Shown piece by piece: positions 56,198 through 64,000 of a stretch of DNA of 64,000 nt. Every line of letters starts with the position of its first letter. Within the stretch, counting starts at the first letter, position 1. The position numbers and the translations under genes were made by a program. A model generated the notes under the pieces. The model worked only from the letters and a program-made list of their open reading frames with translations, made no database searches and was not told where the DNA came from. The DNA is from Bacteroidaceae bacterium (GTDB taxonomy: Bacteria; Bacteroidota; Bacteroidia; Bacteroidales; Bacteroidaceae), in contig JBJEKL010000007.1 in the NCBI GenBank assembly GCA_051878615.1, forward strand, positions 540 through 64,539, read 5' to 3'.

Positions 56198-56965
56198 ATG
56201 AGAAAAATAGGTATATTCTTAATGGGACTGCTGATGCTCCCTACGTTCTGCAAAGCTGGCAATGCAGATACCCTCGATAGCCTGAAGGCACAAGCGGACA
56301 AAGCATTTGCAGAAGAGAAATATGAGCAAGCAGCAGTATTATACAACCAAATAGCCGACAGCGTGGTATCTGTGAATGTCTGCTATAATCTTGGATGCAC
56401 ATATTACCGATTGGACGACATGGCCAAGAGCGTGTTATGGTTTGAGCGCGCGCTCAAACTCAATCCTGCTGATGAGGACATAGAGGCCAACCTTCAGTTA
56501 GCTCGTGAAAAAACCATTGACCGCATCACAGCCAAACACAATTTCGTAGTGCTTGATATCTTCTATCGCATGACCAGTATGCTCAGCCTAAGCCAATGGA
56601 CCTGGGCATGTCTCACCCTGTTTGTCCTGACATTGGTGATGCTGGCCCTTTTCCTTCTCGCCGACCGCATATCCCTGCGCAAAAGCGGATTCTTTGCATC
56701 TATCTTTTTCCTGCTACTCTGCATTCTGGGCAACGTGTGTGCCCTGTACCAGCAACATGAATCAAGCCGCCACGACGCAGGCATCGTGATGTCATCTGTG
56801 GTAACAGTCAAGAGCACGCCTTCAGAAGGAGGAAACGACCTCTTCCTTCTGCACGAAGGAACCCGGATAGAGATACGCGACAATAGTCTGAATGACTGGG
56901 CAGAGATAGAGATTGCCGATGGCAAGGTGGGATGGATTCAGAAGAAGCATTTTGTAATTATCTGA
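56198..56965 (+). CDS. batE: BatE (TPR plus SH3-like domain) protein
   Basis: The ORF opens at 56042. The signal peptide MRKIGIFLMGLLML starts at 56198. It has TPR repeats, two TM helices and a C-terminal bacterial SH3-like block (WAEIEIADGKVGWIQKKH). Confidence 0.7.
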   Translation: MRKIGIFLMGLLMLPTFCKAGNADTLDSLKAQADKAFAEEKYEQAAVLYNQIADSVVSVNVCYNLGCTYYRLDDMAKSVLWFERALKLNPADEDIEANLQLAREKTIDRITAKHNFVVLDIFYRMTSMLSLSQWTWACLTLFVLTLVMLALFLLADRISLRKSGFFASIFFLLLCILGNVCALYQQHESSRHDAGIVMSSVVTVKSTPSEGGNDLFLLHEGTRIEIRDNSLNDWAEIEIADGKVGWIQKKHFVII

Positions 56966-56984
56966 GATATTGCCACACATCAAT

Positions 56985-57683
56985 ATGCTGGACCAACTGA
57001 TAACCCTTGACCAGACCCTGTTGCTTGCCTGGAACGGAAGCGACTCGCTCTTCATGGATGGTCTGATGTGGACACTCACCCAGACTCTCACCTGGATACC
57101 GTTGTTGATGGGTCTTGTCATAATGGTATTCAAGAACCAACGTCCAAGTACGGGCATCACCATCATCTTATGCGCAATCCTGCTCGTAATATTCACCGAC
57201 CAGATTTCGAGTAGCTTATGCAAACCCTATTTCCACAGACTTCGGCCCACCCACACACCAGGAATTGCCGATGCTGTGGACCTGGTCAACGGATATCGAG
57301 GAGGAATGTACGGATTCTTCTCCAGCCACGCGGCCAACAGCTTTGGAGCAGCCATGTTTTTCACTCTTGTTTTCCGCCATACACCCACCAGTCTGATACT
57401 CTTTGCCTGGGCTTCATTATCAAGCTATACCCGTATATACTTAGGGGTACACTACCCGTTTGACATACTATGTGGCACAATATTCGGCATACTCTCTGGT
57501 ACACTTTTTTGGTTCATCTGCAAAAAAGCGTGTGGGCATCAGTCATCATATTCCGATTACAACACATCCTTCCGCACCAGCACAGGATATGTCAAATCCA
57601 GTTTTTCCACCATCTTTCTTATGACATCCATTTCGCTCACCTATGCACTCATACGTGCAAACATGGTGGCTTCATGGCTGTAA
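56985..57683 (+). CDS. PAP2-family phosphatase (undecaprenyl-diphosphatase/lipid phosphatase-like)
   Basis: The ATG is at 56985 (the ORF opens at a TTG at 56970). PAP2 motifs are KPYFHRLRP, SSHAAN and SRIYLGVHYPFD. Confidence 0.8.
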   Translation: MLDQLITLDQTLLLAWNGSDSLFMDGLMWTLTQTLTWIPLLMGLVIMVFKNQRPSTGITIILCAILLVIFTDQISSSLCKPYFHRLRPTHTPGIADAVDLVNGYRGGMYGFFSSHAANSFGAAMFFTLVFRHTPTSLILFAWASLSSYTRIYLGVHYPFDILCGTIFGILSGTLFWFICKKACGHQSSYSDYNTSFRTSTGYVKSSFSTIFLMTSISLTYALIRANMVASWL

Positions 57684-57697
57684 TATACTTGTCTCAG

Positions 57698-60600
57698 ATG
57701 CCTATGAGAGGAAAAACACTATCTTTGCTTATAGTCCTGACACTGTCCATCGGATGCATGTCATGTACCCATCATCAAGCCAGGGATGAAGCCGCCTATT
57801 ACAACAGGCAATCCTTTTACTGGCGATACAGGAATATAGACAGTTGCCTTGTATACGCTCGAAAGGCACTACGTTGCTCTCCTCAGAACACATCTGAGCG
57901 TGCTGAAGCCCATTGCAATCTGGCATACGTAGCCTATCAGCAGATGGCTTACGGAAAATCAGCACAACTTTTGAACGAAGCATACCATTGTACTGCAGAC
58001 CAAATAGAACTTCTCTGTGCAGATGTCCTTGCCATGAAAGTGACCCAAAGGACAGGAGACGGATACACCTTTTTCACGCATCGTAACCATGCCCTCCAAC
58101 GTATTGCACGCATCGAGGAAGAGAAGGACTACCTGACAACATCACAGAAGAAGAAGTTCCATTATGCGCAGACAGAACTTCACATCGTATCCTCCACCTA
58201 TTACTATTATTTGGGACAAGACTCTGCAGCACAAGCCGAAATACACAACATAGACTTGGAAGTTTCCCTGGAACGCGACACGACACAATGGATTTATTAC
58301 CATTACATGCTCGGAAGTGGCGGACTCATCACAGGGGAGTCTGATTACGTCACCCAACAGGAATTTAAGCATTTACTCAGCGCATACACAATAGCCCAGA
58401 ACACTGGATGCATCTATTTTCAGGCCAACTGCCTGCAGTCTCTGGCCATCATGCTTGCCGATACCACTCAAGCACATCTCATACAATCTCGTGAATATGA
58501 CAGCTATAGCTATTTAGTTTCACAATTCTCTCCCCAAGAACCTGCACCCTCCACACCCGAACTATCCCTGTTGCTTGCCCACAAAGCACGCTCACTCTTC
58601 CGCAGTTACAAGGATCTGTATCAGACGGCCTGCGCCTATCGCACACTTGGAGAGATCTACTTCATACAGCAAAAGCCTCAACTTGCCTTGTCACACTTCC
58701 AGACGGCACTCTCCATGGTTGAGGAACAGAGGTTTCGTGACTCCACCATTGTAGAACCCTGGATGGCAGGCATACACGAGAAACTGAGCATGGCCTATAG
58801 TGCTCTCAACGACAAGACAGCCTCCGACCTACATCGTAACGCTTACCTTGACCTGCTTGACCAGTCCAGACAAAATCGCGAACTGGACACACGCCGAGAC
58901 ATCTTATCAGAAGAAGTAGACACTATTCATCAGAAGTTATTTCTGCTTGGCCTTCTCGTCCTACTGGTAACCACCCTTTTTAGCATTTTCACCCGAAAAC
59001 TTCAACACAATACAAAACAGAGCATCCTGAATCTGAGCAACATACAGGAATCCAAAGAGTTCCAGAAAGCAATTCAAGCAAAGGAAGAATGCCAGGCCCT
59101 ATGGCAGGAACGACAAGAGGAACTGCGTCAAGCATGCCAGGCAACCCAATCACATATTCAGGAACAGGTACAAGGTAATCTGGAACGGAGAGCAAAAGTA
59201 TCACTCGTCTATGCCATCGTGCCTTACCTTGACCGTATGCGTGCAGAAGTCAAACGCATGCAAAAGGAAGGGATAGTTGATTCCGAGAGACTTCGCTATG
59301 TGGGCGAACTGGCCGAGGAAATCATGCACATCAACGAGTTGCTCACTGAATGGATTCAAGTACAACGAGGGCAATTGAATCTGCATGTAAGTACATTCCC
59401 TTTGGCCGATATGTTCCACATCATATCTCTGGGTAACCACATATTCAATCAGAAAGGTATCACCTTGGAGATAAAGCCCACTAACGAACGCGTGAAGGCA
59501 GACAAGGCGCTCACCATGTTTATGATCAACACTTTGACCGATAATGCCCGAAAGTTCACACCCAGCGGAGGAACAGTCACATTACAGGCATCAGCTTCTG
59601 AGAATTACGTGGAGATAAGTATCCAAGACACAGGAGAAGGTCTTTCGCCAGATGATGTATTCACCTTGAATCACAGTAAGGTATACAATCCCAAAGAGAT
59701 AGGTGGAAACAAGGAAGGCAAAGGATTTGGCTTTGGAATCATGAATTGCCGTGGCATCATCGAAAAGTACAAGAAGACCTCCTCATTCTTCCAAGTATGT
59801 GCCTTCGGTGTGGAGAGCATACAAGGACAGGGCAGCCGCTTTTGGTTCCGACTTCCCCGGGTACTAAGCCTTTGCCTCATGCTGATATCGGCATCACTCC
59901 CCATGAATGCCTTCTCGACTACCGCCTCACAACTGTTTGACTCTGTATATATGGCCAATATTCAAGGCCAATACGAGAAAGCATACTGGCTGGGCGAACA
60001 AGCCGTGGAAAAGATGGGCACAGACGTTGATACCGCTCTCCTGGTTTCCCTCAGAAACGAGATGGCCATCTCGGCTCTGGCTCTCAAACGATGGAGCGAC
60101 TACCGATGGCAGAATAGCGAATGTGTACGCCTGCATAGACTCTACAGTCAAGACTCCTCACTGGCAGCCTATTGCAGGCAGATGGAGAAGATCAGATTCG
60201 ACACCAACGTACTCTATGTACTCATGTCCATCCTCTCGCTCATGGCTCTACTCTTATTCTACCATCTGTTCCTGCGTGACCGCCTGCGTAATCGCAAGCA
60301 CATAGAACTGCTCAGCAAAATTCTTCTCTCTGGTCATCATTCACTCACAGAATATTTCAGAAAGGTTATTCCAGAGCCGAGGAAAGACTTCCTTGACCAC
60401 CTGTCTATATTCTCCCCACAGACACCCACGGGAACCTTGTCCCCAGAACGTAATCTGGAGAAGATAAAGGAACTCAGGCAGGAAGTCCTTTCACTCCTCC
60501 CCCAAGGAAGCCCATTAAGTCAACCGATGGACAAACTCCACTACGAGACCATGTTTTGGGTAGAACAGACAAGGCTGTTGCAGAATCAAGTGGTCGAGCT

Positions 60601-61303
60601 GGAGGAACAACTAAGGAAATACCAGTTTGAAGAGAACCGCCTGTATGTGATGAACCAGATTCTCGACAACGCCCTAAGTACCATCAAGCACGAAACCATG
60701 TATTATCCGGCACGAACACGTCAGATGGTAATGGCTATGAGTGAGAACAAAGGTGATGGTCAAGACGTGGAGGAACTCTCCGATTTGCTGGAATCCTATC
60801 GACAAATCTATATGTTGCTTTACGAACAAGCATCACATCAGAGCGAGCAACGTCCCCCACTACATCAACATGTTCCCCTGCAACCTCTCTTGCTACAAGT
60901 GGCCCAACGCATGGCACGCATACGCCTGTCTGAGGAGCAGATAAACACAGAATTTTCGGTCGAAGAGACTGATCTTGTGGCCATTGGAGACGAGGTATTG
61001 CTACGCACCTTGCTCACCTCGCTGACAACTCCTCTGGCAGGCCACCAGCCAAGAGTCAGAATGCAGGCAAAGGAGCAGAATGGTCACATAGTGGTCATAT
61101 TATCCTGCACAGGCACTCCACCGTCAAACGTCAACCTGAACGAACTCTTTACCCCCGCCGCACGATGCTTCCCCTTCCTTGTGGCCCGACAGGCTGTCCG
61201 CGAATACGATGCTGCTTTTGGCCATCCCGGACTCAGACTTACGGCAGAGGCCCAACCAGAAGGATTCTGCATTCTATGCACGATGATGGCAGGAAAGTAT
61301 TAA
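57698..61303 (+). CDS. Two-module membrane sensor histidine-kinase-like protein (DUF5112/DUF5113-type architecture, names from memory)
   Basis: The ORF opens at 57470. The lipoprotein-type signal MPMRGKTLSLLIVLTLSIGC starts at 57698, giving 1201 aa. Order of elements: a TPR-like periplasmic domain, TM1 (about 58937-58990), a coiled coil and an HATPase_c domain. That domain has N box NTLTDNARKF, G1 IQDTGEGL and G2 GFGFGIMNCRG. Then come TM2 (about 59861-59910), a roughly 100-aa loop, TM3 (about 60209-60275), a coiled coil and the H-box STIKHETMYYP (His codon at 60689-60691). The protein ends in a degenerate ATPase-like tail. Confidence 0.75.
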   Translation: MPMRGKTLSLLIVLTLSIGCMSCTHHQARDEAAYYNRQSFYWRYRNIDSCLVYARKALRCSPQNTSERAEAHCNLAYVAYQQMAYGKSAQLLNEAYHCTADQIELLCADVLAMKVTQRTGDGYTFFTHRNHALQRIARIEEEKDYLTTSQKKKFHYAQTELHIVSSTYYYYLGQDSAAQAEIHNIDLEVSLERDTTQWIYYHYMLGSGGLITGESDYVTQQEFKHLLSAYTIAQNTGCIYFQANCLQSLAIMLADTTQAHLIQSREYDSYSYLVSQFSPQEPAPSTPELSLLLAHKARSLFRSYKDLYQTACAYRTLGEIYFIQQKPQLALSHFQTALSMVEEQRFRDSTIVEPWMAGIHEKLSMAYSALNDKTASDLHRNAYLDLLDQSRQNRELDTRRDILSEEVDTIHQKLFLLGLLVLLVTTLFSIFTRKLQHNTKQSILNLSNIQESKEFQKAIQAKEECQALWQERQEELRQACQATQSHIQEQVQGNLERRAKVSLVYAIVPYLDRMRAEVKRMQKEGIVDSERLRYVGELAEEIMHINELLTEWIQVQRGQLNLHVSTFPLADMFHIISLGNHIFNQKGITLEIKPTNERVKADKALTMFMINTLTDNARKFTPSGGTVTLQASASENYVEISIQDTGEGLSPDDVFTLNHSKVYNPKEIGGNKEGKGFGFGIMNCRGIIEKYKKTSSFFQVCAFGVESIQGQGSRFWFRLPRVLSLCLMLISASLPMNAFSTTASQLFDSVYMANIQGQYEKAYWLGEQAVEKMGTDVDTALLVSLRNEMAISALALKRWSDYRWQNSECVRLHRLYSQDSSLAAYCRQMEKIRFDTNVLYVLMSILSLMALLLFYHLFLRDRLRNRKHIELLSKILLSGHHSLTEYFRKVIPEPRKDFLDHLSIFSPQTPTGTLSPERNLEKIKELRQEVLSLLPQGSPLSQPMDKLHYETMFWVEQTRLLQNQVVELEEQLRKYQFEENRLYVMNQILDNALSTIKHETMYYPARTRQMVMAMSENKGDGQDVEELSDLLESYRQIYMLLYEQASHQSEQRPPLHQHVPLQPLLLQVAQRMARIRLSEEQINTEFSVEETDLVAIGDEVLLRTLLTSLTTPLAGHQPRVRMQAKEQNGHIVVILSCTGTPPSNVNLNELFTPAARCFPFLVARQAVREYDAAFGHPGLRLTAEAQPEGFCILCTMMAGKY

Positions 61304-61339
61304 CTTTGCACCATAAACCGATAATTTTATAATAAAATA

Positions 61340-62062
61340 ATGGACTCATTCAAAGTGATTATTGTGGAGGATATAAAACTTGAGCTCAAAGGCACAGAGC
61401 AGATCTTCCACTCCGAGATACCTGAAGCCGAGATTATCGGCACGGCAGCCACCGAATCAGAATTCTGGAAACTCATGCGCGCCGAGACACCTCATCTGGT
61501 ATTGCTCGACCTTGGCTTAGGAGGCTCCACCACAGTAGGCGTGGACATCTGCCGGCAACTGAAAAGCCGCTATCCTTCCATACGCGTCCTGGTCTTCACA
61601 GGCGAGGTTCTCAATGAGCGCCTTTGGGTGGAAGTTCTCTCTGCAGGAGCCGACGGAATCATCCTCAAGACAGGCAATCTGCTTGAGCGCGACGATGTGA
61701 TGCTGGTCATGCACGGGCGCAAGTATGTCTTCAATGAGCCTTTCCTAGAGAAAGTTATCGCCCGATTTCGCAAAGTCGTATGCACAGAATCTGCACAAGC
61801 TGATGCCATGTTGCAATATGACATCGACGAATACGATGAGCGATTCCTGCGCCATCTGGCTTTGGGATATACCAAGGAAATGATTTCCTCACTCAGGCAA
61901 ATGCCCTTTGGCACAAAAAGTTTAGAGAAACGTCAAGCTGACCTCATCAGCCGATTATTCCCCCCACAGGAACGCAACGGCGTGAACGCTGTCCGACTGG
62001 CTGTACGTGCAATCCAACTGCGCATACTTGATGTGGATCACCTCATTGCAGATGAAGACTAA
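61340..62062 (+). CDS. Response regulator with a divergent LuxR/FixJ-type C-terminal HTH
   Basis: 240 aa. The receiver domain has VIIVED, LVLLDLGL (phospho-Asp candidate), VLVFTGE and ILKTG. The C-terminal LGYTKEMISSL...(insert)...NAVRLAVRAIQLRIL resembles a LuxR HTH. Confidence 0.7.
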   Translation: MDSFKVIIVEDIKLELKGTEQIFHSEIPEAEIIGTAATESEFWKLMRAETPHLVLLDLGLGGSTTVGVDICRQLKSRYPSIRVLVFTGEVLNERLWVEVLSAGADGIILKTGNLLERDDVMLVMHGRKYVFNEPFLEKVIARFRKVVCTESAQADAMLQYDIDEYDERFLRHLALGYTKEMISSLRQMPFGTKSLEKRQADLISRLFPPQERNGVNAVRLAVRAIQLRILDVDHLIADED

Positions 62063-62630
62063 TTACCCTTATTTTGTGCGTTGGCTCATCACCATCCTGA
62101 CGGGGGTATCTGTATGCATTATGCCAGCCTCCTGGATGATGTCAGCCTTTGGCTATCCCTGCCGGTCACTCATTTCCGACGAGGGTCTGCGATGGCTGTG
62201 CCTTCATCTTGACAGTCTGATAGCGTCTCCCCTGACAACATACGCATTGGTCTACACGTCGGCTGCAGGCGCCTTGGAAATCTGTATCAGAATCTATAGG
62301 AGAAGCCGTTTTACCACCAGCGTATGGACCGCCATACTGGTAGCCTTGGTACTTCTGGGTGTGCCCATGCTGGCTTTCATCCTGCCTGATAGCCCCTTAC
62401 GTGCCATCACCGGCGGTATATGGCCATCACCCCTCATGCATGGTCTTCCTGTCATCATAGCCGTCATCATCCTGGTGGTGGCCATGCTATACGCATATCT
62501 CAACCTCTACCTCACATCGCCCGAGAAGTTCTGTTTCATGCTCTCATGGGGAATCCGCCGACATGCTATATGGGTTGTGGTGGCTATGTTGCTTTCCTTC
62601 ATCCATGGCACATTGCGATATATCCTCTGA
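62052..62630 (+). CDS. Hypothetical integral membrane protein
   Basis: The ORF opens at 62007. The ATG at 62052 overlaps the last codons of the response-regulator gene. It is about 192 aa with at least 4 hydrophobic helices. I recognise no family. Confidence 0.45.
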   Translation: MKTNYPYFVRWLITILTGVSVCIMPASWMMSAFGYPCRSLISDEGLRWLCLHLDSLIASPLTTYALVYTSAAGALEICIRIYRRSRFTTSVWTAILVALVLLGVPMLAFILPDSPLRAITGGIWPSPLMHGLPVIIAVIILVVAMLYAYLNLYLTSPEKFCFMLSWGIRRHAIWVVVAMLLSFIHGTLRYIL

Positions 62631-62691
62631 TCATCTCCCTGCGCCCCCAAGAAAGAAAAAGATTTCCCCCATCGCCTCACCTGCCCCACTT

Positions 62692-64000
62692 ATGGAACCC
62701 ATATATCTTGACCAACTGAATCCTCAACAACGCGAAGCCGTATGCTGTACCGAGACTCCCTCACTTGTAATCGCAGGAGCAGGTAGCGGCAAGACGCGAG
62801 TACTGACCACCAAGATTGCCTTCCTGATGGATGCCGTGGGCATACAGCCACAAAACATCATGGCGCTAACCTTCACCAACAAGGCCGCCATGGAGATGAA
62901 ACAACGTATAGCCACCATGGTGGGAACCCAATCGGCCATGCGTATCACGATGGGAACCTTCCATAGCATCTTTGCACGCATTCTACGCAAGGAACACCAA
63001 TACATAGGATACACGGCCGACTTCACCATCTATGACAGCGAGGATAGCAAAAGTCTCATCAAGGAGATTCTCAAAAGTATGCAACTTGACGAGAAAAAGC
63101 AATACAAGCCCTCGTCCGTACTCTCACGCATCAGCCGGGCCAAAAACCAGCTGATCGTCCCCGAACAATATCCTGCCTCGTACGTCCATGCCGACCAGGC
63201 TTGTAATATGTCTGCCATCTTGCAGATTTACAAGGAGTATCAAGAAAGGCTTCGAAAGGCTAATGCCATGGACTTTGACGACCTCCTGCTACAGACATGG
63301 TTGCTTTTCCAAGACCATCCCCAAGTGGCTGATGACTATCAGGACTTCTATCATTACATCTTGGTCGACGAGTACCAAGACACTAACTACGCCCAGCACC
63401 AGATTGTACTCCAACTCACCAAGAAAAGGCAGAGGATATGCGTGGTGGGCGATGATGCCCAGAGCATCTACAGCTTCCGTGGAGCCGAGATCAGCAACAT
63501 CCTCCATTTCCAAGAAGCTTACCAGGGCTCTCGCCTTTTCAAACTGGAGCAGAACTATCGTTCCACACAAATCATCGTTGATGCGGCCAACAGTCTTATA
63601 AAGCACAACAAGAATCAGATTCCCAAGCAAATATTCAGTCGCAACCAGCAGGGTGTTCCCATCGAGGTGTTCTATACCTATAGCGATGTGGACGAAGCCT
63701 CCACCATCGTGAGGTATCTCAGTAATCTTCAGCTCAGAGAGCACATGCCATTCAGCGACATAGCCATTCTATATCGTACGAATCCCCAGAGCCGAAGTCT
63801 GGAGGAAGAACTACGTCGCAGGGGCATACCCTATCGCATCTATGGCGGACTGTCCTTCTATCAGAGAAAGGAAATCAAAGATGCCATAGCCTATCTGCGC
63901 CTCTGCGTAAACCCTCTTGACGAAACTGCCCTGCATCGCGTCATCAATTATCCCGCACGAGGAATAGGCAACACCACCATTGACCGCGTGTGGAAAGCAG
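62692..64000 (+). CDS. UvrD/PcrA/Rep-family ATP-dependent DNA helicase (5' part; runs off the window)
   Basis: It is absent from the ORF track because no stop is reached. Translating by eye from the ATG at 62692 gives MEPIYLDQLNPQQREAVCCTETPSLVIAGAGSGKTRVLTTKIAFL...ALTFTNKAA.EM, and later FTIYDSEDSKSLIKEILK and ILVDEYQDTN. These are helicase motifs Q, I, Ia and II. Confidence 0.85.
   Translation, partial: MEPIYLDQLNPQQREAVCCTETPSLVIAGAGSGKTRVLTTKIAFLMDAVGIQPQNIMALTFTNKAAMEMKQRIATMVGTQSAMRITMGTFHSIFARILRKEHQYIGYTADFTIYDSEDSKSLIKEILKSMQLDEKKQYKPSSVLSRISRAKNQLIVPEQYPASYVHADQACNMSAILQIYKEYQERLRKANAMDFDDLLLQTWLLFQDHPQVADDYQDFYHYILVDEYQDTNYAQHQIVLQLTKKRQRICVVGDDAQSIYSFRGAEISNILHFQEAYQGSRLFKLEQNYRSTQIIVDAANSLIKHNKNQIPKQIFSRNQQGVPIEVFYTYSDVDEASTIVRYLSNLQLREHMPFSDIAILYRTNPQSRSLEEELRRRGIPYRIYGGLSFYQRKEIKDAIAYLRLCVNPLDETALHRVINYPARGIGNTTIDRVWKA

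Noticed and set aside
57470-57697. N-terminal extensions suggested by the ORF track: kinase from 57470, batE from 56042, Bat gene 3 from 50330, grpE from 30561, cdd to 28071, GH88 from 3832, esterase to 3444 and SusC from 10515.
   Set aside because: In most cases the extension overlaps the upstream gene or promoter region. An internal Met then begins a canonical signal peptide or the conserved N-terminus, so I used the internal starts.

Overview
This is a 64-kb chromosomal window from a Bacteroidales genome. It looks Prevotella/Segatella-like, but that is inferred only from gene content (SusC/SusD pair, Bat aerotolerance operon, TAnnTTTG -7 promoter boxes) with no database search. I call about 50 intact protein genes, mostly on the + strand, and found no rRNA, tRNA, CRISPR array, integrase, transposase or recognisable defence system.

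Layout:
- 1-6.3 kb: HxlR regulator and a glycan-degrading cluster (secreted GH130, tandem-duplicated esterase, GH88, clan GH-A hydrolase).
- 6.9-10.3 kb: putA, with a roughly 200-nt leader.
- 10.5-20.7 kb: a PUL-like locus (SusC, SusD, two surface lipoproteins, convergent GH127 with a discoidin domain) and no linked regulator.
- 21-33.9 kb: housekeeping and envelope genes (maa, SUI1/YciH, GT2, DMT, exported nitroreductase, greA, reverse rubrerythrin, cdd, GH73-LysM, ABC-F, grpE-dnaJ, folC).
- 34-41.3 kb: galM, an MFS sugar transporter, galK, a CE4 deacetylase and tkt-rpiB.
- 41.3-44.6 kb: a repeat-rich accessory patch around a decayed MacB/FtsX-type ABC operon.
- 44.6-48.4 kb: ftsY, rimO, HU and a membrane-anchored HU-LysM protein.
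- 48.5-57.7 kb: the complete eight-gene MoxR/DUF58/BatA-E operon plus a PAP2 phosphatase.
- 57.7-62.6 kb: a 1201-aa two-module sensor kinase, a LuxR-type response regulator and a small membrane protein.
- 62.7-64 kb: 5' part of a UvrD/PcrA-type helicase gene.

Most unusual signals:
1. A perfectly 22-bp-phased array of four perfect GCAAACGTTTGC(G) palindromes, with a single-unit relative 23 kb away.
2. A REP/MITE-like repeat family (AACCCAAATCGGTCATCAGA) at the 3' ends of operons. It also brackets the ABC locus as 19-nt direct repeats.
3. The ABC operon carries five independent inactivating lesions.
4. In the kinase, the ATP-binding domain and the His-box sit in different transmembrane-separated modules.

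All functional calls come from motif recognition by eye and need HMM/BLAST confirmation.
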